A DNA stretch of 64,000 bases from an uncultured Spirochaetia bacterium (GTDB taxonomy: Bacteria > Spirochaetota > Spirochaetia > CAZBHR01), in NCBI GenBank assembly GCA_964492025.1, contig CAZBHR010000002.1:106568-170567 (forward strand). The letters are read 5' to 3'. The notes beneath the pieces are model-generated. The model did not search any database. It was not told the origin of the DNA and saw only the letters and a program-made list of their open reading frames with translations. Position numbers and translations under genes: made by a program. This document shows positions 30,382 through 39,741 of the stretch, piece after piece. Every line of letters starts with the position of its first letter. The first letter of the stretch is position 1.

Positions 30382-31428
30382 TTAGAAATCTTGATAGTTT
30401 TCAGGAGTTACCGCAACGTAGGGTACTCGAACAGCCTTTGTTTCTGGGCTGTCAATAGTCCATTTGGTTCCAGCGATAGCGTCTTTACCCATAGCTGCAT
30501 TGAGGGCAAGGTCAAGAGTAGCTCGTGCTTGGTTTACTCCATCGTTAAGAACGGTTCCATCTAACTCTCCATCTGCAATATGAGTAAGAGCTTGGGTGAG
30601 TGCATCAACACCATAAATAGGGATTCTTACATTAGCTGCTTTCATAGAAGTGATAGCACCAAATGCCATACCGTCGTTGTTACAGATAACAAGCTCAATA
30701 TCACTTCCAAAGCTAGAGGTTAACCATGCGGCCATTTTATCTGCACCATGGGTTGTTGACCAGTTTGGGTCAGCTTCAATTGCAAGTTGTTGAACACCAA
30801 TACCTGCATCGGTAAAAGCTTTTACCGACTCCGTAGTTCTCGCCTCTGCATCTGGATGTCCAGGCTCTCCTTTGAGCATTACGTATTGAACAGTTCCGTC
30901 TCCATTTTTGTCCCATTCTGGATTTGCTTTCCAGTCTGCAACCATCATTTGACCTTGGATAATTCCAGACTCTGCTGAGTTAGTTCCTACATACCAAACC
31001 TTATCGTAGGTTTTCATAATTCCCTCTTCTGTAGCCTCTTTGTTAAAGAAAATTAAAGGGATCCCAGCTTTTTTTGCTTTTTCAATAATAGAACCAGCAG
31101 ATGCAGGATCTACAAGATTAATAGCCAAAACATCAACACCCTTGGTAATAAATATATCTACCTGATCGTTAAGTTTTGCCTGCTGACCTTCTGAATCTAC
31201 AATAGTAATTTTCATACCTTTTTCCGTTGCGTATCGCTGTAGTTCTGGTTTGATAACTCCATTCATAAAGTTATCTGCAAAACTGTAGATATTTGAACCT
31301 ACAACAATTTCCTGAACCTTAGGGGTGGTAGTTCCTCCTGTGGTTGAGGTTTGCTCATCCTTAGAACATCCTACGATAAAAATCGCAACCATAAGAATTA
31401 AACCTGCTAAAAGTAATGGTTTTTTCAT
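30382..31428 (-). CDS. mglB: Galactose/glucose-binding periplasmic lipoprotein
   Basis: 348 aa with signal peptide and lipobox IVGCS; periplasmic-binding-protein fold; first gene of the mgl operon. Confidence 0.75.
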   Translation of the reverse strand: MKKPLLLAGLILMVAIFIVGCSKDEQTSTTGGTTTPKVQEIVVGSNIYSFADNFMNGVIKPELQRYATEKGMKITIVDSEGQQAKLNDQVDIFITKGVDVLAINLVDPASAGSIIEKAKKAGIPLIFFNKEATEEGIMKTYDKVWYVGTNSAESGIIQGQMMVADWKANPEWDKNGDGTVQYVMLKGEPGHPDAEARTTESVKAFTDAGIGVQQLAIEADPNWSTTHGADKMAAWLTSSFGSDIELVICNNDGMAFGAITSMKAANVRIPIYGVDALTQALTHIADGELDGTVLNDGVNQARATLDLALNAAMGKDAIAGTKWTIDSPETKAVRVPYVAVTPENYQDF

Positions 31429-31652
31429 AATTCTTTCTCCTTAATATGTGTGTAAATATATAAACAGTCTAGCACCGATATGGGGTAAAACAATGTGTTT
31501 TTCTCTTATGAATTTGTAAGGTTTTATAGAATTCTCCATTTTTTATGATGTTTTTATGGATATTCCCCCCATAAAAATTTATACCTATTGCCTCTTGTGT
31601 TTCTCTCAATTCGTGGTATACTCGTCGAAAGAATAGGAAAGAAGGAGCTCAT

Positions 31653-33860
31653 ATGGAGGCTAAGTTTCGATCGGCTTATATTGGAGGGGGTGGATATATC
31701 CCTGGTATTATTCAAAATCAAGAGGACCCAAACATCCTGTACGCCCGATCCGACGTGGGCGGGGTATTTAAGTCAGAAAATGGGGGAAAAAGCTGGAGCC
31801 TCTGTAATAGGGGTTTTACAAAAGCCTTAGATCATTACTCTCAGGATCTTATCCTTGATCCAAAAAATCCACAGGTTCTTTTTCATGCGGCAGGGGAGTT
31901 ACGGGCTCATAAAAAACTTGGACGTATTCACCGATCCCTTGATGGAGGGAGCTCTTGGCAGTTGATGACCGAAGAGGTTGATTTTTTTGGTAATGGACCT
32001 ACAAGAATGAGTGGGCATGTTATGGCTATTCATCCAGAGGATTCCAATATTGTTATAGCCGGAGGATACTCAAAGGGTCTTTGGGTTAGTAGAGATGGAG
32101 GAGAGAGCTGGAAATACCAAGGGTTGGCGGGGAAAAGGATTACCTTTGTACTGTTTGACCCAGACAACTCAAATCACCTTTATATTGGATCAATTGAAGA
32201 TAAGGAGTTACTTATTGTAAAAGGACTCTCCGGAGATGAGAGAACACAGGCCCTTCTTGACTATCAGGATGAGCCACGAGCAGAGCAGAGTGAGCTTTTT
32301 CTGACAACCAATCTTGGTGAAACCTTTGATCAGGTGTATCAATGTGAACACGCAGGTTTTCTTGAGGCAGTTTTTGTACCTCATAGCAATGTTATTCTTA
32401 TAGCAACCTCTACGGGAGTACTTAGAAGTGAGAATAAAGGAAAGTCCTTTCAGATGGTTCCTCATGAGATTCTTCCTCAAGGAGGTTTTTACCAAGCCAT
32501 TGCAATCTCCCCTGTAGATGGAACACTGTATGTAGCTCAAAAGTACTCTGACATAGACTGCCCCATATACACATCACAGGATTTAGGAGTTACCTGGAAT
32601 CTGTTTGCTCCAGAGGTGCAACCATCTCACATGCATGAGTTTCCAGAACACCTCTCTGAACCGAGACATCTGGGTGGAATAGGATCCATTGCATCTCTTA
32701 TGCCAGACTGCAAGGATCCAAATAAGCTGTACTTCTCTAACTTCTGGGGGGTTACAGTTACCTATGATAGGGGTGTAAATTTTTATGGGCATTACTTTAC
32801 AGGGTTAGAAATGACCTGTATTGAGCATGTGATAAAACATCCTACTCAACAGGGGAGGGTGGTTCTCTCCATTGTTGATCACGCCCCTATGGTGAGTGAT
32901 GATTCCGGAGAGAGTTATCACGCCATAACCTTGCCCTTTGATGTGAATAATCAACCATCTCGGTCGGTTGCAGTTTCTCGGCATGATTCGGACTTTCTTA
33001 TCTGGTCTATGGGAAGGGTACATCGAAACCGAGGGCTTGAAGTGTACCGCTCTTTCAAAAGAGGGAAAGATGCGGAGCTGGTGTTTCACAAAGGGGGGCA
33101 ATCCTTTATCTCCTGTTTGTATGAGGATCTTCACAGAAAAGGACGGTTTTGGATGATTAATGAGGGAAGTTTACAAGATCCATCGGAGGATGCCGGGGTG
33201 TTTTGTTCTGATGACTTTGGAGCTTCTTGGCAAAAAGTAACCTCTCCCTATCCTAATTATATGGAGAGAATTCCCCATAAGAAAGAGTTTATAGATAGGG
33301 ATTTCATTACGGTAGTTCCTTATCAATTTCGGAACGGAAGTGGCGCAAATAAGCATCTATGTGGGGATTATAAAAAGCAAGATGTTATCTATGTAGGAGA
33401 GTATAGCGAAGGGCTGTACCGCTCCGATAACGGGGGAGTATCTTGGGTAGACATATCGCAGGGGCTTCCATTTCATGATGACCCTGTTCATCTTCTTTCT
33501 CATGTTGTGGCAGATCCCGATGCCGAGGGAACCGTGTATGCTGGGTTCTGGAAAGCAGGATTATGGCGTTCCCAAGATTTTGGATCCTCTTGGAGTAAGG
33601 TGTTTCCAAAGGGCAATCAGGACTTTAATGCTGTTACGTTATCTATTGATAAGGGAGTAATTGCTGTTGCCTGTGCGGAAAACACCCATAGCCCTGTTCC
33701 CGCAGATCTACATATATCCTATGATAAAGGAGTAAGTTGGCAGACCCTCTATGATGACTCCCTAGGATCATTATCTTTTAACTCCATATCCCTAGATTCT
33801 GATAAACGTAGAATTTATGCGGGTACTTGTGGGAATGGTATTTTTACTATCGACTATTAG
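31653..33860 (+). CDS. BNR/Asp-box repeat protein, GH74-like (putative xyloglucan-active glycoside hydrolase)
   Basis: 735 aa. N-terminal GGGGYIPGI motif and at least eight S-x-D-x-G-x-(S/T)-W Asp-box repeats (e.g. SENGGKSW, SLDGGSSW, SRDGGESW). No signal peptide. Confidence 0.55.
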   Translation: MEAKFRSAYIGGGGYIPGIIQNQEDPNILYARSDVGGVFKSENGGKSWSLCNRGFTKALDHYSQDLILDPKNPQVLFHAAGELRAHKKLGRIHRSLDGGSSWQLMTEEVDFFGNGPTRMSGHVMAIHPEDSNIVIAGGYSKGLWVSRDGGESWKYQGLAGKRITFVLFDPDNSNHLYIGSIEDKELLIVKGLSGDERTQALLDYQDEPRAEQSELFLTTNLGETFDQVYQCEHAGFLEAVFVPHSNVILIATSTGVLRSENKGKSFQMVPHEILPQGGFYQAIAISPVDGTLYVAQKYSDIDCPIYTSQDLGVTWNLFAPEVQPSHMHEFPEHLSEPRHLGGIGSIASLMPDCKDPNKLYFSNFWGVTVTYDRGVNFYGHYFTGLEMTCIEHVIKHPTQQGRVVLSIVDHAPMVSDDSGESYHAITLPFDVNNQPSRSVAVSRHDSDFLIWSMGRVHRNRGLEVYRSFKRGKDAELVFHKGGQSFISCLYEDLHRKGRFWMINEGSLQDPSEDAGVFCSDDFGASWQKVTSPYPNYMERIPHKKEFIDRDFITVVPYQFRNGSGANKHLCGDYKKQDVIYVGEYSEGLYRSDNGGVSWVDISQGLPFHDDPVHLLSHVVADPDAEGTVYAGFWKAGLWRSQDFGSSWSKVFPKGNQDFNAVTLSIDKGVIAVACAENTHSPVPADLHISYDKGVSWQTLYDDSLGSLSFNSISLDSDKRRIYAGTCGNGIFTIDY

Positions 33861-33914
33861 TGGTTACTTAGATATGGGGCTCCTCTTCTGAGGAGCCCCA
33901 GTTATTTTACAGAA

Positions 33915-35090
33915 CTATTTGAGTTTTGCCCAATCACCTCGTAAGAAGTGATCCTGCTTTATATTTCCATGGGTCCATCCTGCAAGGCCCGTCCACTCTT
34001 TGTATGGGGCTTTCCAAAAACGGTGCTTAGGGGGGAGACCAAGTGGCAGAAATGCCATACAGCAGAAGTACTGGCTTCCTATAGAAAGGTAGTACTCTCC
34101 TAGTTTATCTTGCTCACCATATACTCCCATGGTGAGCCATCCATTTGCATCGAAGATATTTGGATTTTCCATGGTCTTTTCTATAACGGCGGTCATTGCC
34201 GAGCGTATTTGATTTGGTGCAAGATTTTTTGGGAGTAATCCATGGAGAGCAAGGTGTCCTAAGTGCTGAAAAGCACCAAACCGATAGGTGAGTGAACGAC
34301 CAATAAGTGGGTAGGTCCCATCGGGACCAATCATTCTTTCAAGTACCTGTGCGTATCGGGAACCTCGTTTGAGCTGTTCTTTATACAGTTTAGTAAAGTA
34401 GGGAAGTTCCTTTTTTACCTGAAACAGAACATCCATCATCATAGGCTGAATTACAAAGCTATTGTAGTAATCCCATGCAAACTCAGGACCATCACCATAA
34501 GCACCATCACCTACATACCAGTCATCGTGGGACCTAAGGGCGTACTCAATTCGTGTAATATCGTAGGCCTCTCCTATGCTACATAAAAAGGTCTCAATGA
34601 TAGCAGAAAAGAGTAACCAGTTACTGTAGTCTGGTCTATGTTTTCTACTCTCTTGAAAAGCAGCTAAAAGTTGCTGTTTTGTTTCCGATGGAAGAGGTTC
34701 CCAAAGCTGCTTTGGAGCTCGATAAAAGGCATTTGCCAAGTATGCAGCATGTACAAGTTGGGTCTTATTACGAAGGAAATCTGCATAATCCTTTGCCTGT
34801 GGGTTTACAAGGTTTATAACTCCCTCTCGAGCCATAACTCTAAATTTTTGCTGAAGATCTTTCTCCTCACCTTGGGGTAACTGAACCTCAAGCCAGGGAG
34901 CAATTCCTGCTAAAACACGACTACACCCCTCTAGATTACTAAAGAAATAGGCTCCCGCTTTTCTTTTTGGGAACACCTCCAAAAGTCTATCCTCTGCTAA
35001 GGCAGATAGAAGTGGCTCCGTGATTTTTACCATGGTGTCAATCCAAAATTGTCGGACTGGTTTTCCTCGTTCCATTGAATACTGCATCAA
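33915..35090 (-). CDS. Conserved hypothetical protein, possibly carbohydrate-active (DUF2264-like)
   Basis: 391-aa soluble ORF with no signal peptide and good coding character; family assignment is from memory only. Confidence 0.4.
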   Translation of the reverse strand: MMQYSMERGKPVRQFWIDTMVKITEPLLSALAEDRLLEVFPKRKAGAYFFSNLEGCSRVLAGIAPWLEVQLPQGEEKDLQQKFRVMAREGVINLVNPQAKDYADFLRNKTQLVHAAYLANAFYRAPKQLWEPLPSETKQQLLAAFQESRKHRPDYSNWLLFSAIIETFLCSIGEAYDITRIEYALRSHDDWYVGDGAYGDGPEFAWDYYNSFVIQPMMMDVLFQVKKELPYFTKLYKEQLKRGSRYAQVLERMIGPDGTYPLIGRSLTYRFGAFQHLGHLALHGLLPKNLAPNQIRSAMTAVIEKTMENPNIFDANGWLTMGVYGEQDKLGEYYLSIGSQYFCCMAFLPLGLPPKHRFWKAPYKEWTGLAGWTHGNIKQDHFLRGDWAKLK

Positions 35091-35186
35091 TTTGTCTCCT
35101 TCCCCCTAGGTTATATCATAACTCTAGAATTATTTAAAGATACTCTTTTATATGAGAAAGGGGTAGAGGATATAGAGTGTAAGTGG

Positions 35187-36245
35187 TTATTCGCCAATCC
35201 TAAACATCTTATAATCCACCAGAGTATGCTGAGCTCTCTTTGGTAACTCCTTCCCCTCAGGACTTTCTGTAAGAAGGTATTGTGCTAACTTGTATATTTC
35301 TTCCGTTTGCTGCACTGAATCATTAATAACCGTTCCATAGAGGTGTCCACTCTTTATATATTCCACCGCTTCTGGAATTCCATCAATCCCAATAACGGGA
35401 ATCCATGTGTCATCATCCTTGTCCAACCGCCCATTGTTATTGGAATCCCTAAAATAGCCCCGTTGCTTAAGTTGGTCAATTGCTCCCAGTGCCATGGCAT
35501 CATTATTTGATATAATGAGTTCTACCTCTTTCATATTGTTATCAAGGAGGGTTCCCATTAACTCGTAAGCCGTTGAGTAACTCCAATTTCCTGATTCCGT
35601 GGCAAGAATGTCTAAGGTGTATCCCATACCCTTTAAGGTTTGGATCACAGTACTTGTTCGAATTTCCGCATCCTGATGTCCCTGTTCCCCTTTAAAAATA
35701 ATAAGTTGTATCTTATTATCTCCATTCTTATCGTAGACTCCAAGTTTATCTTCTTTTAGGAGGAAAAGCTCTGCCACCATCTCTGCTTGAATTCTTCCTG
35801 ATTGATCTGCGAGAGCCCCTACATAGTACGCATGTTCCCATAGATCCATATCTTGAGAGAGTGGTTCTCTATTATAGAAAATAACCGGAATGTTTTCTTC
35901 TTTGAGCCTTTTAATAATTGGATATACCCCCAATCGGTCAACAGGGTTAATAATAAGTAGATTCGCCTTATTATGGATCGCTTCCTCAATAAATTCATTT
36001 TGGATAACCTGAGAGTTCATGGAATCCTCTATGGTAAGTTGATAATTTCCTTCCAGTTTTAGTTCTAGCCGGTCAGTTAGTGTTTGTATAAAAGGATCAT
36101 CTTTGTACAAATATGGGAGAATTACTACCGATGGTTGGTCCTCCTTGCAGCCATATACTAGGGGGAGTATGAGAAATAGTACCAAGAGGAAGAAAAGGGG
36201 TGTATGGGTTTTTATCGGTATTTTGAGTTGGATTATCTGCTTCAT
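35187..36245 (-). CDS. Periplasmic sugar-binding lipoprotein, MglB paralog, sensor-associated
   Basis: 352 aa, lipobox LVYGC. Shares blocks with the MglB at 30382-31428 (KGEQGHQDAEIRT vs KGEPGHPDAEART; NNDAMALGAI vs NNDGMAFGAI). Its start overlaps the histidine kinase gene by 4 nt. Confidence 0.6.
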   Translation of the reverse strand: MKQIIQLKIPIKTHTPLFFLLVLFLILPLVYGCKEDQPSVVILPYLYKDDPFIQTLTDRLELKLEGNYQLTIEDSMNSQVIQNEFIEEAIHNKANLLIINPVDRLGVYPIIKRLKEENIPVIFYNREPLSQDMDLWEHAYYVGALADQSGRIQAEMVAELFLLKEDKLGVYDKNGDNKIQLIIFKGEQGHQDAEIRTSTVIQTLKGMGYTLDILATESGNWSYSTAYELMGTLLDNNMKEVELIISNNDAMALGAIDQLKQRGYFRDSNNNGRLDKDDDTWIPVIGIDGIPEAVEYIKSGHLYGTVINDSVQQTEEIYKLAQYLLTESPEGKELPKRAQHTLVDYKMFRIGE

Positions 36246-38023
36246 AGGGTGCTCTCTTTTGTACTTTCAAATGGAGTATCTATTGATTTCTCTAGGGTAA
36301 ATGGGATTGCTGGAATAATAAGGCTCACCGTAGTGTGGGAGTCTGGCTCACTCATTATGTGTACATCCGCCCCCTCTCCATAGTACAGTTTAATCCGCTT
36401 ATACACATTTTTCATGCCTACACCCTCAAGATTTTCGGAGTCTCTCATATTTTTGTCTATCCTTTGAATCTGTTCATCTGTGAGTCCGTATCCCGTATTG
36501 GTCACTTCAAATATCAGGTTCTCCTCATTACGGTAACCTTTGACGGTAATATGTTCTGTCTCACCGTGAACGCCATGCTCTATCGCATTTTCTACTAATG
36601 GTTGTAAAAGTAGCTTCATAGTAGAGTAGGGGTATATTTCTGGTGATATATCAATAGTATAGTTAAACCGTTGGTCGTATCGGATCTTTTGAATTACCAA
36701 ATAGCTTGTAATATGGGCTACCTCATGTTCCACTGATATAATGCTTTTTCCTCGAGATATACTAATTCTAAAAAATCGAGCCAGTGCGGTAACCATAGTA
36801 ATAACATCTTCCGTTCTACTGTGTTCTGCTAACCACACAATGGAGTCTAGTGTGTTATAAAGAAAGTGTGGATTTATCTGATTTTGAAGAATTCGCAGTT
36901 CTGTTTTTCGCTTTTCTCTCTGTTCCTCTACAACCCGAGACATGAGGAGTTGGATCTCCTCTGCCATGGTGTTAAATGCGTGTGCCACCACCATAAGCTC
37001 TTTTTGTCCTGAGATATGAAGTTTTGTTTTAAAGTGACCCTGCTCAATCTTTGCCATACTTTTTCGGAGTTCTTTGAGAGGACGGGTGATACGAGAGGAT
37101 ACCCCAACGCTTATGCCTACTGTTGCAACCAAGCTTATCAACCCAATAATAAGGATAAGTCTCCAGATAGTGGCAATCGCTATAGGTATAGAGTTTACAT
37201 TATTGACGGTAACAATTCTCCATCGAGTATTATCAAGGGTGTTTATATTTACCATCATAGCAACTCCCTCTACTGAAATAGGGTGGGACCCAAAAAATTT
37301 TGAGACAGCAAATGGGTAAACAACCTCTTGAGAGATTGGTAATTCTGGTGCCGAGTTGTAGATGAGTGCATCCTCCTCATTGATAATGAGAAGGTGTCCA
37401 TTAAGACCTAGATTGGTGAGCTCTGCGAGCCTTGTTAATACTTCAAAATTTAACTCAATAAGAAGAACTCCTTGACGGGTAAATCCACGTTTTTTATATG
37501 AAATAACCTTTGAGACTGAAATAACCTCCTCAGTATGTGTCTGATACATACTCTGGGCATGGGGTGCTGAAAAGTAAAAAATGTTCTCTCTGTATATACT
37601 CTGGTAAAACCACTCTTGTTGCTGAATAGCTTCAGAGTAAGATGTTCCTAGTTCTCTTCCTACTACTCTGTTTCCAGAAAGATCAAAGAGGGTTATCCCA
37701 ACTACATCTTCTTTCATGTCTGAGTTGAGAGAGTAGGCTTGAGAAATAATAGAGTAGTCCGTTTCTGTATCATAAGAACTTGATACTTGTTGCAGGTAGT
37801 TTGATGTTTCTATTACATCGTTTATGTACCGCTGATAATTAAAAATTATCTGCTTATTAATCTCTTTTGATTGACTTTTAATAAGAGTATTTGCCTCTTT
37901 TGAGAATATAGTAGGGTAGATAAGCATGTTTAATCCCAGAACAACAAGGACAATCCCAACAATAGTTATGGTAATAATTGCAGCAATAGAAAGTCTATCT
38001 CTAAGAGTTCTGAATCTGTTCAC
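36242..38023 (-). CDS. Sensor histidine kinase (YesM/LytS-type)
   Basis: N-terminal TM helix, extracytoplasmic region, second TM helix, HAMP, then His-kinase and ATPase domains (QINPHFLYNTLDSI, ENAIEHG). The ORF track extends to 38137, but the GTG at 38023 with AAAGAGG upstream is the more likely start. Confidence 0.75.
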   Translation of the reverse strand: MNRFRTLRDRLSIAAIITITIVGIVLVVLGLNMLIYPTIFSKEANTLIKSQSKEINKQIIFNYQRYINDVIETSNYLQQVSSSYDTETDYSIISQAYSLNSDMKEDVVGITLFDLSGNRVVGRELGTSYSEAIQQQEWFYQSIYRENIFYFSAPHAQSMYQTHTEEVISVSKVISYKKRGFTRQGVLLIELNFEVLTRLAELTNLGLNGHLLIINEEDALIYNSAPELPISQEVVYPFAVSKFFGSHPISVEGVAMMVNINTLDNTRWRIVTVNNVNSIPIAIATIWRLILIIGLISLVATVGISVGVSSRITRPLKELRKSMAKIEQGHFKTKLHISGQKELMVVAHAFNTMAEEIQLLMSRVVEEQREKRKTELRILQNQINPHFLYNTLDSIVWLAEHSRTEDVITMVTALARFFRISISRGKSIISVEHEVAHITSYLVIQKIRYDQRFNYTIDISPEIYPYSTMKLLLQPLVENAIEHGVHGETEHITVKGYRNEENLIFEVTNTGYGLTDEQIQRIDKNMRDSENLEGVGMKNVYKRIKLYYGEGADVHIMSEPDSHTTVSLIIPAIPFTLEKSIDTPFESTKESTL

Positions 38024-39593
38024 GGTACCTCTTTGGGGAAACTCCCTCGTATTTTTTAAAACTGTGGCTAAAGTAATATACGTCACTATATCCACACTTT
38101 TCTGCAATCTCAATAATTCGTTGTGGTGTCCGTGCAAGGAGCTCTTTTGCCTTTTCTATTCTAATTTGCGTAAGGTGTTTTACAAAGGTCATATTCTGCT
38201 GCTTAAAGAGTAGGCTCAGGTATGATTGACTAATCTCTAGGGTATCAGAAATATTAACCATAGCAAGTTTTGGGTTTGCATACTCCATTGTCATAAGGTT
38301 AAGGGCTTTTTTGAAAAGTGCTTCTGCTCTAGAGACGTTGTTTTCTAGGTTCGCCTCACGTATCTGAATAATTCTTTTAAGTCCCCAGTTGAGAGCCTCT
38401 TCTACTCCTTGAAACTGATTAAGCATCTGTAGTGGAGATATTTCCTGCCCGCCCAGAGAGCTTATCCCTAAAGACTCTTCTACAGAAGTTACAATATGAG
38501 CAAGATGAATAAGAAAGTTTTGAAAAGAGAGTTTCGTCATTTTTTTTGTGACTAAGAGATCATTGAGGCCCTTGAATGCTACTGATACCTCTTCTAAGGT
38601 TCCCATTTTGGAGAGGTACTCAAGATTTTGTAGATCCCCTGAAGGAATAACAAAGGTATCTTGTGATGGTTTTTGAAGCTGATGTATGTATACAATATCA
38701 CTGGGACCCAAGTACGATGCATGGTGGAGAGCTCGGTTTGTCTCCTCGTATGGGGTGCTAATATCTAAAATTGAGTGGTACGGGTTACTTACTCCCAGAT
38801 GAATATTTGTAGATAAAACCTTTTCTGATACCTTAATCATTTCAAAAAATATGGTATCCATTCTTTTTGAAAACGTTTCATCATCAATCTGTATTATACA
38901 AAGAATGGACCCCGCAAATTGCAAACTGTGAAATGTTACATTGTGTCGCTCCAGTGTTTTCTCAATAAGTGATCGAAGAGAAATTTTCTGTTTTTCATGC
39001 TCAAGAATGGAAGACTTTCCCTTAGGTATATCAGTTTTCACTTGAACCAGAATATAATCACCATGAACGGTTATACCTATGGGCTCTGGTTGTTGTGACT
39101 TTTTCTCTGAAAAGGGGTTCATAAGAAGTGATATTAAGTAGTTCTCTGTGAGAAGAGGAATAGTTGCCTGATACTGGTCCTGTAACTGCTGTATGTTCTT
39201 CTGTTCCTCAGCCTCTTTGTCAAGCTCCTCTTTTATACGTTTAAGGAATTGAGATATGTCATCCGATGTTACGGGTTTGGTAAGGTAACTTATTACATTT
39301 AGGTTGATCGCTCTCTGGGCATAGTCAAATTCATCGTACCCAGAGAGAAAGGCAACACGAATAGTGGGATAGTCATGCTGAATAATAGATGCAAGTTCTA
39401 ATCCATCAATGTAGGGCATTTTGATATCTGTAAGTACCACATGGGGAGAGAGTTTTTCTATGAGATCTATAGCGTCGTAGCCATTACTGGCAGTTCCAAC
39501 CACCTCAAAACCCTGCTGTGCAGAGATCTTCTCCGTAACTCTTCCCCGAACCTCATTTTCATCGTCTACAATGATTAGCTTGTATCGTTCCAT
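38001..39593 (-). CDS. Response regulator with receiver and AraC-type HTH domains (YesN-like)
   Basis: Receiver domain begins MERYKLIIVDDENEV; C-terminal AraC helix-turn-helix. Start set to ATG 39593; the 39-aa upstream ORF extension has no receiver-like sequence. Confidence 0.75.
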   Translation of the reverse strand: MERYKLIIVDDENEVRGRVTEKISAQQGFEVVGTASNGYDAIDLIEKLSPHVVLTDIKMPYIDGLELASIIQHDYPTIRVAFLSGYDEFDYAQRAINLNVISYLTKPVTSDDISQFLKRIKEELDKEAEEQKNIQQLQDQYQATIPLLTENYLISLLMNPFSEKKSQQPEPIGITVHGDYILVQVKTDIPKGKSSILEHEKQKISLRSLIEKTLERHNVTFHSLQFAGSILCIIQIDDETFSKRMDTIFFEMIKVSEKVLSTNIHLGVSNPYHSILDISTPYEETNRALHHASYLGPSDIVYIHQLQKPSQDTFVIPSGDLQNLEYLSKMGTLEEVSVAFKGLNDLLVTKKMTKLSFQNFLIHLAHIVTSVEESLGISSLGGQEISPLQMLNQFQGVEEALNWGLKRIIQIREANLENNVSRAEALFKKALNLMTMEYANPKLAMVNISDTLEISQSYLSLLFKQQNMTFVKHLTQIRIEKAKELLARTPQRIIEIAEKCGYSDVYYFSHSFKKYEGVSPKRYREQIQNS

Positions 39594-39602
39594 ATAAAAG
39601 AT

Positions 39603-39611
39603 ATTATACCA
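39603..39611 (-). promoter_or_regulatory. Extended -10 promoter element (TGgTATAAT) just upstream of the regulator ATG
   Basis: On the minus strand, TGGTATAAT is followed by 9 nt and then ATG, with no Shine-Dalgarno sequence in between. This predicts a leaderless or near-leaderless transcript. Confidence 0.3.
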
Positions 39612-39741
39612 CAGCTTCAGAAGTGAAACAATTATATTGTTGAAACTATTTTTTCGTCTGGAGAATGGTGCGTATCTGTCGTTAAATGGACAAAAAAAGG
39701 AGCTACCCAAAGGCAGCTCCTACAATATTACAATGCACCAT

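Noticed and set aside
36242-39710. Apparent 137-nt overlap between the histidine kinase and response regulator ORFs, and a 39-codon N-terminal extension of the regulator.
   Set aside because: These are artefacts of extending ORFs to the furthest upstream start. Domain boundaries and ribosome-binding-site positions support starts at 38023 (kinase) and 39593 (regulator), leaving only about a 23-nt overlap.
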